Source: Balanoglossus misakiensis (taxonomy: Eukaryota > Animalia > Hemichordata). Taken from it: 64,000 nucleotides of DNA. The position numbers and the translations under genes were made by a program. The notes beneath the pieces were generated by a model. It saw only the letters and a list, made by a program, of their open reading frames with translations, ran no database searches and was not told where the DNA came from. Shown here piece after piece: positions 1 to 13,195 of this stretch (position 1 is the first letter of the stretch; each line of letters starts with the position of its first letter). Where the stretch lies: positions 13,614,391 through 13,678,390 of the forward strand of contig CM082583.2 in the NCBI GenBank assembly GCA_040954595.2, written 5' to 3'.

Positions 1-233
1 GTGTCCTTTGGCAAAGCCCTGTATTTCTCATTGCTTCTCCCCACCCAGGAGTAATGGGTACCTGGCAGGACAGAGATTGAAATGTGTGTTTTTAGCTCTG
101 ATGTGCTGATATAATGGCTGCACATGTGAGCCTTTGTTTGCTCCCCAGGGTGATGACCAGGGTAATATTTGTAAAGTGCATTGAGATGTATTACATATAA
201 TGCGCTATATAAGAAATCATTATTATTATTATT
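1..233 (+). mobile_element. 3' part of a SINE-like repeat with (ATT)n tail
   Basis: Contains GTGTCCTTTGGCAAAG and AATGGGTACCTGG, which resemble SINE central domains. Ends TGTAAAGTGCATTGAG...GCGCTATATAAG...(ATT)n, an L2-type SINE tail. Truncated by the window start. Confidence 0.6.
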
Positions 234-626
234 AAGGCAGTTTAAAGCTCCCGCTAAGGTTATTTAATTCAAAGTGTGTTATATAGAAATAAATGTTGTT
301 CTTGTGGCTGCCGCTGTCATATAACTCAATTGGAATAGATGTACAGATTCACATGTGCTTTTTCAGACAAATGTTAACTTGCACAGCTTAGGTAAAGGCC
401 AGTATTGCAGTCAAAAGTCTTACCCATTCCAGATTAATAAATAATGAACTGTTCGAACATGATTATCTGGTGCTAATTTCAAGACTTATTTTTGTTATCA
501 GAAATATAGCGGTACTGCACATAAATATGGATCCTGGTTCAATACAAAAAGCAAATTCAAACCATTGTATTTATCAAAACCACATAATGAAGCAGTGTTT
601 TACGTATCATTTTAATTTTATTTTAG

Positions 627-3600
627 GCTACAGGAGGATTTAACAGTACTCATGTCTCACTTGAAGTACAGACTGCTGGTAATACACCACAAGTCTTGGA
701 ATCCTACACACTACCTTTGACTGTTGCTGGTATTACTTTTCCAAACCTGAGATCCAGTACCAAGGTGACAATAGGGTCTGCTATTCCAAACATAGTCTTT
801 GAGTAAGTATATAAGGCTCTTTATCACATCTTTATTCTGGGGCTGTGATGTACTGTTACATGTATACAGTTTTGTTAATGATACAAGTATTTGACATTTT
901 GTGTTGGCTTCCATCAATCTGTCCATGTGAGACATTCTCGATGTTATTTGAAATTTCTTTGGTTCAGTCATGGTCCCACTGATCTGAAATTTGCTGGATG
1001 CATACGAAATCTGATGTTGTCCAATGGAACAAGCAATGATCTGGTGCCTCGACATTTGACCAATGGCACTGTCTCTGAGTATGCTGAAGTCTCTTTCACT
1101 GGATGTCTTGCAAGTGTAAGTCGATGTTTCAGTCTGTCTGAACAATTTACTGTTTGTTTGCTACCATTTTGTTTCTCTTTTTCTTTTTCGATATTGTCTG
1201 AATTTTTATTATTACTTTATTGGTATGGTTCATAACCGTCGTACATGATCCTCTTATACTAATCTAATGTTTAATAAGTATAGTGTATAGGGAAAGCAAC
1301 CCATGTTGGACAGCATCTCATGTAATCGATCCATTTTTCGGTTGAATCCACAGTTTAATGCAAACACAAACATTATTTGCCTTCCTTCTGCATTTTATTG
1401 GCTACCCAATATTGTTTTTTTTTACTCTATTAAAATGTCATCATCAAATGAATATTCAACCAATGCAACTGTTATGTCTTATTCCGATTCACTTGTTTTT
1501 GTTTGTTGTGTTGTATGGATCATGACACAATTGTCATGCATAATTTATGTGACTGTAACCCTTCTTTGATTTCCGACAGGTTGGACCTGGTGTTGGTTTT
1601 GAGGAATCATCATCTCCTTACACTTATGCCAAATTGAATGTTGCAGCAGAGTTGAGAAGTACTCAGAGAATTGAGTTTCAATTTAAAACCATGAAGCCTC
1701 ATGGGATACTAGCATATAGCTATGATGGTGCCAGCTTTGTAAGTCCAATAAATGAGTTCAAAATATCCTTATATTAGCCATACCGAAGCAGAAGCAAAAA
1801 GACTGGCTTGATTTGGATTACTTTCTTTTCATTTGCACTTATTAATCATTTTGAGAAAGTGAATCGTATAATGGCTGTGATTTATATATGAGAAGCTGTA
1901 TTATTTGCGTTTACCGTACATGTACTGGCCGAGAGTTGAGTTGTGATAATTGCAATGTGACCAAGCATATAAAGTGAACAGAACAACATTATCTATCAAA
2001 AGAATATTAATATAACCAAAATAATATGTCAAAAATGAGCACTATATGATCCCTTTTATGATAACATTTCCTCATAAACCATTGGTATTCCCTTTAGATG
2101 TAATTTGACCGTTATTGAATCACTGCTCAGTTTGATGCAAACATTCATTCAATATAGTTTGGTGTGCCAATGTGTTGCCAGAATTCATTTGGAAGTTGAA
2201 CTTTAGAATATGCACACCAAATGAGAATGATGAGAAAACATTGTAGATTAAAGGTTTCTTAAGCATCTTACTGTTATTCTCCACTTTGTCAACAGAACAA
2301 ATTATTCTACGTAACATTGTATCATGGCAATGTGTTTGTGCAGTACAACATTGGTGAGGGGTTGTCAGATCCACTGCAAACAAGAGACTTATACCTTAAT
2401 GATGGACAGTGGCACAATGTCAGAGTGGAGTTCAATGGATTAGCGTATGTACAATAAGAACGAAACAGAAATGGACTTACTTTTATCGTTGAGATTTGAA
2501 TTTAGTTGGTACATTCAGGCTATTGCTTCGCTTGTATGGTACGTACACTCAGTACATAATGTATGAAAGACTCAAACACAGCTGTATTAGGACTTGTGTC
2601 TTTGTTTGCATTCATATTGTACAGTTCACATGAAAATGTCCATGTATGTTAAGAACTAAATTGTTTTAGATTTATTAAAAGGTTTGATAACAAGAAAGTT
2701 AGTAACTGTAAGTGCTACTCATCTCATCCAACTTATTTGATTATTGTCAATCATATAACCTATAATCATTATTAATCAGTTGTGAGGTTTATTCGTATCC
2801 TAAACTGTCTTTGTCTTATGATGTGAACTATTATCTTCCCTATGCAGTGCCACTTTGAAAGTTGATAACTACCCAGTGATTGCCAGTAATCGTCAACTGA
2901 ACACACCAGGCATCCTGATCACTGGTGCAAACAGTTATCTGTATGTAGGAGGCGTTGTTAGTAATATACCCACTTTAATTGGTGGTGAGTTCCCAGTCAG
3001 AGAATCACTGCTAGGGGATTTCTATGGTTTTACATTGAATGCTGATGAGGATAACACTGGGTAAGTACCAAGGTGCTGATTTTTGTGACTGGATGGGATG
3101 CCTGTCATTCATATATGGAGCTGTATAGTCAGAGTGTTCTATAAAGAACCAGATAATGTTACAATTGATGCAAGAGTATGAAAATTACATTGAAAGAATA
3201 TATAATCAAATTTTGAAATTTAAGTACATTGTACATATCTGTGTGTGTGTGTGTGTGTGTGTGAATTTGTCTGAATGACAATGAAATAAATGATTAACAA
3301 TTTTCAGTACATTTTGAAACTCATGAATCATTGTCAACGGTTTTAGGGAAATAAGTTTCAACGACCCTGCAGTAGTTGTTGCAGACTTTGGCCTCATCCT
3401 GAGCGGTGTGAGTCCAGAGGTGACACAGCTACCACCATTGCCATATCCTACACTACCACCACCCTCTGGCACTCCACAGCCAACATCATGTGTAGCTCCA
3501 GTACAACCTGTTTATAGTTCATATGTAAAGAGGTTTGGTAATCGAGGAGACAGTTATGCATCATGGACACTTGATGAAACCATGAAAGAGTATTTGAGAA

Positions 3601-6600
3601 CCAGGTGAGTGCAAGACTGATGAGACATGCATATAATCATTATCTTGTCTGTTTGGTAGCCTGGTGGTTTTCTGAGTGAAAGAATAATTCACAATCTCTA
3701 TCTATCTATCTATCTACTGGCCAACTTCAACATATTGAAGGCTTTGCCAGTGAGTGCACCCTAGTACAGGACATCAAAAATGTCAGTTTTCTGGTTTGGT
3801 GAAGTGTAGTGCCAAAGAAGATTTGAAGGATTCATGTGACCCTGCAGATATGATGTCTGGTGGTATACTATTCCAGTCTTTGATTGTTCTTGGAAAGAAG
3901 GAATATTTTCTGTAGTCTGTTTTGAATTTGGGAATTTTATAACTTTTACTATGCATGTGTCTAGTGAGTCTTAGCGGGGGTTGGAGATGCTGAAGATTGT
4001 TCATGGTAACGGTTCCTGTTGAAATTTTATATAGCATCGATAGTCTGGCTTCTTTTCTACGTTGTTCTAATGATGTCCAATATTTATCATGTTGTCAACA
4101 CTAGAGCGATTTTGAAATCTGCCAGTCATGTAGCGTGCAGCACGTCTTTGTGTTTGTTCTAACAAAGCTATGTCGGTCTGTTCATATGGGTCCCAAACAG
4201 TGGAGGCGTATTCAACTAGTGGTCTTACAAGTGTTGTATATGCCTTCTCTTTCACCGATGTTGATCCTATGTTGAGGTTTCTACGGAGGAAACCAAGAGG
4301 TTTGTTTGCTTTATTGCATATTAAAGTAATATGTTGGTGCCAATCAAGTGTGCACCCTAGATACTTTTCGGATGAGCTGTGTTTGATTATCTGCCCGTTT
4401 AAACTGTACTGGTTAATTATCAGAACGTTTCCTTGTAACTGACAGAACAGAGCATTTGTCTGGGTGAAAAGACATTTTCCAATTGTTGGCCCACGCTGCT
4501 AGTTTGTCTAGATCAGATTGTAGTTTTTGGGTATCAGCTTCAGATGTAATAGTGAGATATGCTATTGTATCATCAGCAAATAGTCTTACTGTGGAGTTTA
4601 AACCTGTTTGAATATCATTGATGTAGTATAAGAACAAAGATGGGCCCAGTACAGAGCCTTATGGGACTCCCGATTCAACTGATACAGTGTCTGATGTACC
4701 GTCTATCGCTACTACTTGGGTACGTTGATGGAGGAAGGATTGTATCCAATTAAGGGTTTTACCCCTTATACCATAGTGATGTAGCTTGTGAACCAACAAA
4801 TTGTGACAAACTCCATCAAAGGCTTTGGAAAAGTCCATGACTAGGACATCTGTTTGTTTATCATTTTCCATGTTTTGGGTCAAATCATCTATGAGCTCTA
4901 GTAGCTGAGTCTCACAGGATCTACGCTGTCTAAATCCATGTTGTAGTGGATAGAAAATATTATGCGTTTCTGCATGATTCATGATGTGTTTTGTCACAAT
5001 GTGTTCCATAAGTTTTCAACAAATACATGTAAGTGATATGGGTCTGTAGTTTTCTGCTTTATACTTCTGACCTTTCTTGATTATAGGTTTCACAATAGCT
5101 TTGCGCCAGTCTTGTGGAACTTCACCACTGTCATAGGACATGCAGAATATACCGGTAGTAGTTAGTATAGGTGTTAATTCAACTGCTAATTGTTTCAGCA
5201 CATATGGTTTGATATTATCAGGATATCTCTCCATGTGATGAGATTTTGTCATGATAGTTCTGAATATCTTGTTTGAGATACTTTTGTGGGTTCTTCAGCT
5301 CCTCATGAACTCATGACTGACGTGTGTTTGGATTTTGAATTGTCTACACAACCAAGAAATACAATGGAATGAAAGAAACACTTGATTACAGGAGTACATG
5401 GTATGTTTCGGGTCAAATAACCAATATTCCCATTAATTCCTTTTATGTAGGGTAGTACATGTTCATCATGATTTTTCATAGGAATTTCCTGCTTTTTTGT
5501 AGCTTTGTAATTGAAGTGGAGTTCCGTGCTGTTTCACCAGATGGGATATTAATGTATGCGGCCAGTTCTCCTCAAAACCCTGTTTCCTGGATGGCTCTCA
5601 TTATGCAAGATGGAAAATTGGTTTTCAATGTGGTGACATCTTCTCGCGCGTTATTTGGACTAAATGTCGCAACTAAACTAAGATACGATACTGGAGAATG
5701 GACAGTGGTGAGGAAACTTTCTTCTTTTATTCTACTTAAGCACTGACAATAAGAATATCAGCTATCATTCTTTCCTTTTAATACTTCAATACTTTATTGT
5801 TCAGTAAATTTTTAACACTGATATGATTACATCAGCTTTGTATACAGCCACTGGGGTAATTTAATGATAGATTTATTTACTTTTATTTCAACTTCTGCAA
5901 CCATAGGGGTATTTTATTCAACATTCAATTTCAATTCAACACCATGCAGGTTACAATTTTGCGAATTGGAGAATTTGTAGCTATCATAGTGTCCGAAAAG
6001 AGGGATTATAGGAATAATGGTCAGTCTTCAGACATAGGCTCTGAACTTCTTCTGGACACTTCATTGTTTGTGGGTGGTGTCAATGGAGAAATTACAGATC
6101 CATTCCCGTTATCTGTAAGTATAGTTCTCTACATTCTGTATCTTGTGTACCTTATCATGACGATCTTAATTAATTTTAATTTTCAGTTTAAAATATTAAC
6201 CAGAATAGGAGTGACATGTGAAAGTGAAAAGTGACATGTCAACATTGTCTTTAAAGAAAGTGTTGTTTACCTTATCATGAGAAGTATTCATGAATTTGTT
6301 TCTGAATAAGGAGAATTCATGTTAAAGATGTGGACTGTTTTAATTTTAGTCGCAAGCTTGAATTACCACTCAGTGGAAATGAATCTGTCTACCATTAGAC
6401 ATTGAGTATATTTTACTGGGTTACTGCTCAGGGAGACAGTTTTGATGGATGTGCGTACTAATTTAAGAAAATTTTCAATTGGTTTTCAGACCAAAGCAGG
6501 CTTTGATGGTTGCATCAGATCGATAGAAATTAGTACAGATGGTGCACCAACGATTAGCTTTGATCTGAGGTAAGTCTCCATTTTTAACAGAGATAACTTG

Positions 6601-8474
6601 GAACATAGAAAACTCATTAACAAATCTATAATTTCAATAAATAGTCTGAAAGTTGTTCATTTACAATCTTTCATGTCCAATGCCATTATGCAGACATGAC
6701 TGGATTGATTCTATTCCACAATCTCTTGACCCAGCAGGGACAATGACTTTTTTTTGTCTTATTTTCAACAGCAATCCCACAGCATCCCATAACGTTGAAC
6801 AGTGCTATGAGAACAAGGTCATACAAGGTATCTCTATGCAAGGAACTGGATGGATGCTCTTAGGTATGTTGCCTTAACCATCACAACTCTCTAAACAAGT
6901 CTTCTGTGCTTTAGTTGCCATTTGGCAAATGTGTAAAGTGAAACTTGTTATTATGGACACCTCTCTAATCAGGAAACCTCTCTGTTAAAGGACAGGTTTT
7001 TCAAGACAAAAGTAAGTTTGCATTGAATATTAAGTTGAAGGATATACAAAAATACTGCTAACTGCAGTACACAAGAGGTTCATGCTTTGTCCGGCCATGC
7101 AGAAAGATTTGACCCAGCCTCTTCAGCATCTTACTACCAGCGTGCATTGTTTCAATGGATCAGGCATCTTTTAATTGTCTTTTAATTTCAATTGTAAATA
7201 CTGATCAGTGATCCTTTTGCTTCACTTCATTTACGGTAATCAAGTTTGTGCAATCTAGATTCAAGCACACTTCTAATCTCTACTACACAGAAAATAATTT
7301 TGTTGTTGGCAATACCATAGAAGTAATCATGATGGTCCAAACGACAGTCAGGAATGCTTTGCTGCTTGCTGTAGCTGCAGATATTAATAATTTCTTCACT
7401 TTAGATATAAGTGATGGAAAGGTAAGTAAATACTGAATCTGTAATATATACAACACACACATCTCTTTTGATGTTATCTCAGTATACTGATTGGTGCAGA
7501 TATGGCAAACTTATTGGTTCAGATTCTAAACACAACAGTTAGATGTACTATAAGTCCAGGAAATGCAACACATGCACAGGAAAATAAATGTCAGCCAAGA
7601 GTTGTAATTTAAGATGTACAATATAGCACTGTACCGGTATTTAGTGTTGGTCTTTGCAACTGGCTGTGTAAATGTGATATTTGAACAACGTAATCCAAGC
7701 TCTTTTGCTGAGTGACATGCTTTTACTTTTTTCTTGATTTGTTGATCATGGGGGGAGGGACTATGTCATTGACAAGAAATTGGTGTGTTTTCTCATTCCA
7801 GGTACGTGCTGTGGTAAGCCATGGCACTTCATCTCCCTACATTGCTCGAACATCACAAGTTGCCAGTGAGTATGTTATTTGCAATGGCCAATCACATGAG
7901 ATCTATGTCTCAATGACAACCAGTTCTCTAGAGATTCGCATGGATGATTACCCACCTGATATCATTGGTTTTGCGGCTGGCTCACCAATTGTCATCACAG
8001 ACAATCCTGTTTATGTTGGAGGAATTCCAGGTGAGTGCGTGAGGGGGTGAATAATGTACACTTGTGAATCACTGTACATCAATCAGTCTATTCACGCTTT
8101 GACAAAAAAAAATTGGTTGAACAATATGTATAGAATCAAGTGAGACAATTTGGCCAATGCTGAACCAAGTTAAAGCTCTCTGTTAAAATGTATTTAACAT
8201 GGCTATAAGTCAATTGCCTAGTACCGGTATATGCCAATATAAACTATGCATGATCATTTTTACTTTCAGTTTATGAAGTGTGTCTAGTTATGTGTACCTT
8301 CTGTTGTATATTCTTCAATCTACAGATTCGGAAATCACAAAGATTGTTAATGGTATAAATACAGGATCATTCACAGGCTGTATACAGTACCTGGAGTTAA
8401 ACAGAATGTTGAAGGATCTCAGAAACCCTGTGTCAAGTGTTAACATTGACAGTGGATGTCCTCTTCCAATGTAA
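627..8474 (+). CDS. Laminin alpha-like protein, C-terminal tandem laminin G (LG) domains; 5' part lies outside the window
   Basis: Phase-consistent GT-AG exons: 627-802, 968-1115, 1580-1738, 2296-2444, 2848-3060, 3347-3604, 5503-5707, 5950-6114, 6490-6569, 6772-6863, 7291-7421, 7802-8030, 8326-8474 (TAA). LG motifs include FAGCIRNL, IEFQFKTMKPHGIL, LNDGQWHNV, LYVGG, VEFRAVSPDGILMY, FDGCIRSI, VYVGGIP, FTGCIQYL and terminal SGCP. A Pro/Thr linker precedes the last two LG modules, as between LG3 and LG4 of laminin alpha chains. Confidence 0.85.
3700..5224 (-). mobile_element. 5'-truncated, degenerate non-LTR retrotransposon (CR1/L2-group LINE; RT domain and C-terminus) in an intron
   Basis: Frameshifted RT motifs: W(R)KAIVKPI.KKG, NYRPISLT, QHGFR..RSCETQL, DFSKAFD, SGVP, LFADD, YLG, LVRPLVEYA, FFPRTIKDWN. 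A (TAGA)n tail lies at 3700-3716. Possible ATCTCT TSD at 3694-3699 and 5225-5230. Confidence 0.9.
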
Positions 8475-9594
8475 ACTGAAGACCATGTAACAGTGATCTG
8501 CTTAAGTGTTGTTTTTCATAGGAAATAGATAATATTTTAGTTGATGATGCAAATAATATTGATTTTATTTTTCCCTTAGAACGCCACTTACATATCTTTT
8601 AAAAATTGTGTTAACAGGTGTTTTTAATTAGCATTTTCAGGCCTTTTAATATTATGAGTATTTTTGTCATGTTTCTTTGTCTTCAAAATAGTAACTCAAA
8701 AAGGGATAATCAGAAGACTGCCAGAAATCGTACACAATCATACATACTGAACAATCAACTTACACAATTAACTATGGAATTAATTAATGATTGTCTGATG
8801 TTGTATAAGACATTAAATTCTGAGTATCATCAAATGTAATCTGGCTATGATCTGTGGTTTACTGACATGCAATTTATTAAGCATGAGCATCATGTTCCAT
8901 GAGAATGTTTGAAAAACTACTGCCTAGACTAACTCTGCAGTGACCCTCAATTTTTCAGGGAAAACTTGTAGTTTTCTGGTAAGATTTAGCAAATAATAAT
9001 CAATGCTATTGTATATGTTTTTTTAGCCTGTAGGATATGTTTAGCATGTTGTTTTGAGATTTATTCCTGATCCAACAGTTCAACAACCATATCAAGTTAA
9101 GTTCCCGTTTCAAGTCAAAGTTCTGGTATAATTTTAAATGTTTTGTGGTTAATTTATTTCTATCTACAGAAGTTATTTGATATCATAAAATATTTGGACC
9201 GAACAAGATACTGGTATAAAGTATACAATAGATAGAAATTACTAAAGATTTGATAGATATTTAATGAATAAATACCACAAAGAATAAAATGTTTATATGT
9301 TTTTGTTGTTGAATGTTGATAAATGGTCGACTCCCCCCTGTTGGCCAAATTTCTTCTGCAAGTGTTCTGGCCAAGTTCTCTAATTGTCTGGCTTCCTTTT
9401 TGTACAATTAGCAAGAATGTGGTAAGTTAAGAAAAGGAAATACATAAAACTAACACAACAAAGATGCTGTCTCCGCAATCGTTCAATTTTCGACTAAATT
9501 CAAGGCATTTTATTTCAAAAACAAGCTCGGTGGTCGTATATCCGTGGTAAAATGTGTGTCTGGATAGAAACAAAGTAAACTATTGTTTTACTTT

Positions 9595-9689
9595 TGGTGG
9601 CGCGCTAGCATGGCCACATCGACAACTCCGATTGGTCGATTTTTCTGCTGTAGTGACCTTTGACCTCTTCGATTTCGACTGCAAGATGG
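9595..9689 (+). promoter_or_regulatory. CpG-enriched promoter/first exon of KRTCAP2
   Basis: Local CpG enrichment, inverted CCAAT (ATTGG at 9631), a perfect DR1-like TGACCTTTGACCT (9654-9666), then CAAGATGG followed by a GTAAGT donor. Confidence 0.5.
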
Positions 9690-12012
9690 GTAAGTTGCCG
9701 ACCGCTATTCTGTTGAAAAATAACTCGCATTTTGAACATTTCAAAGTTACTGTATTTCAACAGTGAAACACTGTATGTCGCCGGATTTTGTCATGAATGC
9801 ACTGTCGTAAGAATTCAATGATCTATGAAGATATTTCTGAATTATTTGATATTTCCCTGGTAAATGGTATCGCAATACGTGGCATTATTTACAATCAGTT
9901 CAAAGGGCGACTTTCCCGGAAACTAGTTTTGTGGCTACTGCAGGGCTATGATCCCTGACAGTGCAAGTGAAATCGTAAATACACGTACTTGTATCTGTGT
10001 GTTTCTCTGTACATTTTCAACGATTAAGCTAGACTAGCGTGATTTTTAATAGAAACACAGCGCACAGGTTTTTGTAATAGTATATTGTAATGCTCAGAAT
10101 GATCACCAGATGGAATGAAAAAAATTCGAGCACCCCCTTCATGGATGTTACATGTAAGTTGCGTTTAGGGCGGCGAGTCTATTGAAAGAACAAGAACTAC
10201 CCAAAAGCGCATCCACTCTGCAATTTCGGACGCTTCACCCATGTATCCTGTATTTAGCTGCAGTTCAGTAGCTCGAGGCAAAACCTGAACTACTGAGCTC
10301 TTGTGTTCTGTTCGAACGGTTTTGGTTTTCTGTGGAAATGTGTACTTAAGTTATATAAAGCAAAGTCGCAGTAAATTTACAAGTCGTGGTAAAACGAAAA
10401 GTCGAAAAATCACTATTGTGTCACCAGTTTTTGTATGTTGTAATTTATCTGTGGTATCCCTTTCAGCAGCCTCTGCTAGTGTGTCATTGTTATTGGCAAG
10501 TACTCTGACAGTGCTGTTGTTTGCCGGCATGCAGATGTACAAAACACAGCTTGCTTCAACAGAATGGATGACTGTCCTAGGAGGCTTCCTTGGTTCCAAT
10601 CTATTCATCCTCATTTTAACTGTATCCTTGTCAACCAATATTCTACAATGAAAACTTGCAGTATCTTTAACTAATGATAGATTTTAGCTTCACAGATCAT
10701 ACATTTCTGAGGTAGCTTATGGACTCGGAAAGAGCAGTCATACATGATTTCCATTTGTCTTACTACTATCTGGATCTGACCGTCAATTTTCTGTTCACAG
10801 TGTACGTAGTATATGCATGTTCAGTGTTCTTACAGTACCAGGGTACACACTTGTTTCATTACCGTGGATGTGTACACTGTACAATCGCAAAACTGAAAAA
10901 TATTCTGTGAAAAAATCCCACCCATATAGAATTTGATTTCATATCTCTGAAGGTCATGTTAAAAATCATTGTTTGTGTGTCTTTTCCCTATTGTCCTTGA
11001 CATACACAAATACAGGCAGTCAATAACTTTGAGAGTATGGCTTTTGGTCGTGGCTTTCAAGCAAGACTTTTCCCTGAAGGTATGTCAAACTGTAATTACC
11101 ACAGCTTGCCATTCTGCCATGCAGAGACTTAAAATTGTTGTTACCTAATATTTATGTATCAGTGATTGATAAGGTTGGCACTTTCACAAAACATTGCTTT
11201 TATTTGTTATAGTTTAGTCAATAATGCAGTTTCTTTTGAAGAAATCTATTATCAGTACAAAATAAATTGACTGCACTGTATAAATGTAATCAGCAGAAGT
11301 GTGAAATGTGTTGATGTGGCTTGCAGTCACTGAATACTACACCAAAGTTGAACAAAATGTAAAACACACTCCACTTCCAGACTGCATTTATCTGTGTGGC
11401 ATTTGCAAGGTGTGTGACTTACAAAGAGCGGTCAAGTAATTTGAGTGGTTTTACAAGCGGCTATGATAATTTCTGCCAGTGACTTGTATATAATGTATTT
11501 TTCCATTGAAGCGAAAATTGAGATGTCATGTGGTGTGATAAAATTATCATCCTGCCATTGACTATTAGTTTTCTGGGGATTTTGTTTGCTTACACTCACA
11601 AAAATGTCTCTGATTTGTTTTCCAAACAGTTATAACATGCATGGTGTTGGCAATGTTTGCCTCAGGATTGGTTCACAGAGTTTGTGTAACAACATGGTAA
11701 GAACTTTACTAGCCAATGTTAGTGAATTTTGTTTTGCTGGAGAGGGAACATTTCAGTAATATTTAAATGCAATATGGAGTTTGACTCAAACAGGTGCATA
11801 TGAGTTTCAAGAAGAAAAATAATACTTATTATAGTTTTTGTTTTTCACAAGTAGTGTTATGATGTATATGTAATTGTACTTTCTGATATACTTTTCTTTA
11901 CAGTGCTATTTTCTCATCAGTTGCCTTGTACTACATCAACAAGATTTCTACTGCAAAATACACACCACCAGTAACAGCCACACCACAGCAACCCAGCAAA
12001 AAGAGAAAGTGA
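9686..12012 (+). CDS. KRTCAP2: Keratinocyte-associated protein 2 (OST complex subunit KCP2)
   Basis: Exons 9686-9689 (ATGG), 10467-10621, 11016-11079, 11630-11696, 11904-12012. They give [45 protein letters not shown]...[21 protein letters not shown]...[14 protein letters not shown]...LYYINKIS...SKKRK*, which matches KRTCAP2, including the dilysine-like tail. Confidence 0.95.
10622..11015 (+). other. U12-type (minor spliceosome) GT-AG intron in KRTCAP2
   Basis: 5' splice site GTATCCTT; branch point TCCTTGAC at 10994-11001; no polypyrimidine tract; CAG at 11013-11015; the reading frame joins ILT|AVNN. Confidence 0.9.
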
Positions 12013-12615
12013 TTTTAAATGACCACACAACAAACATAAAAGGATTTGATATGATTGTCTGTTTTTGTGACCAATGAGATCATGTATTATATTTCACACT
12101 GTTACATGAATAAAGTGGTTCCTTTTTTTTTCAAAAATCAATTCACTGGAATTAGGATGAATGATTTCATAGCTGAAATGTAGCTCTTGATCATGAGAGT
12201 TTTTCAACTTGTCAAATGCACCGTCCTCTTCCACAGACAAGAACTTATGTGTGTCTCTTCTACATCCAGTATTGAATTTTTTAACATGCATGTTTGTACA
12301 GCTGTCTTTTTTGTATTACATTTCAGTTTAAGTTTAGACTAAAAATTTTAATATTTGTCGACAATAACAATGTCTGTACATAATAGAGACCAAATAGTGG
12401 GTTAAACATTTCACTTACGAGCAATTCACTGGTGGTGGCCCTCATAGTGTTGAAGTTCCACAAACTCCCTTTTTTTACATCATTCCATGATAACATTTCT
12501 GTTGGTACTAGTACCTCATACATTCACATCCTGGATAGGTTTTAAATGTTGGCAATGGATCCCATGGTCAGTTTATCTACACATTTATAAGCAGGACGAA
12601 TTTTAGTCCAGTGGC

Positions 12616-12724
12616 TAGCTCTGGACTTATGCGCTGTTTGGGTCTACGCTGCTCTCCGTCCCCACAGGGTTAGGGTGGGGACGGAGAGCAGCGTAGACCC
12701 AAACAGCGCATAAGTCCAGAGCTA
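12616..12724. mobile_element. 109-bp hairpin MITE, TAG...CTA termini, 9-bp TSD (Academ-like)
   Basis: Perfect 50-bp arms (12616-12665 and 12675-12724) around a 9-nt loop AGGGTTAGG. TCCAGTGGC is duplicated at 12607-12615 and 12725-12733. Confidence 0.9.
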
Positions 12725-13195
12725 TCCAGTGGCAGGAGTACAGAGGATTGTCACGGTTCGAAACCCTGCAGCAGACTTGCTATAGGAGAGTGAGAATATT
12801 GTCTACGGTATAAAACATTTGGCCTCAAACCACATTCTAGTTTAATACAACCACTGGTCTGTTTTGATTAATATTATTGGCACTGTTTTCGCTTATGCAA
12901 AACCTTATCCAAGCGTGCTTCACACTCTCTCGATCCAGCTGTCGTCAGCAGAGCGCCAGCCAGTGGCAGCAGGGAATCGCTCGACCTTTGACACGGCAAT
13001 CTGTGTCACGCAGCTGATCGATCAGCTGACTCCATAGTTAGCTTACTTGAGAAAATCGCGTGGACTGATGTTGAGCACGAGCGGTGGCGGTGTCGAGCAA
13101 ATCATATGTTGGTACATCTACACACATGATCTGTGAGCAAGGTAAATGATCCTCCGGCTGACGGCCTAGAATTTAATTAACCCCGACAGTGTTAA

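Noticed and set aside
711-1145. 144-aa minus-strand ORF and other antisense ORFs over exons
   Set aside because: Antisense shadows of coding exons or AT-rich noise with no recognisable motifs.
10301-10466. N-terminal extension of KRTCAP2 in the ORF track
   Set aside because: It starts at TTG and is intronic; the better start is the ATGG mini-exon at 9686.
12616-12724. Hairpins here and at 62917 as pre-miRNA or structured ncRNA genes
   Set aside because: Perfect pairing plus TSDs indicate transposon origin; there is no expression evidence.
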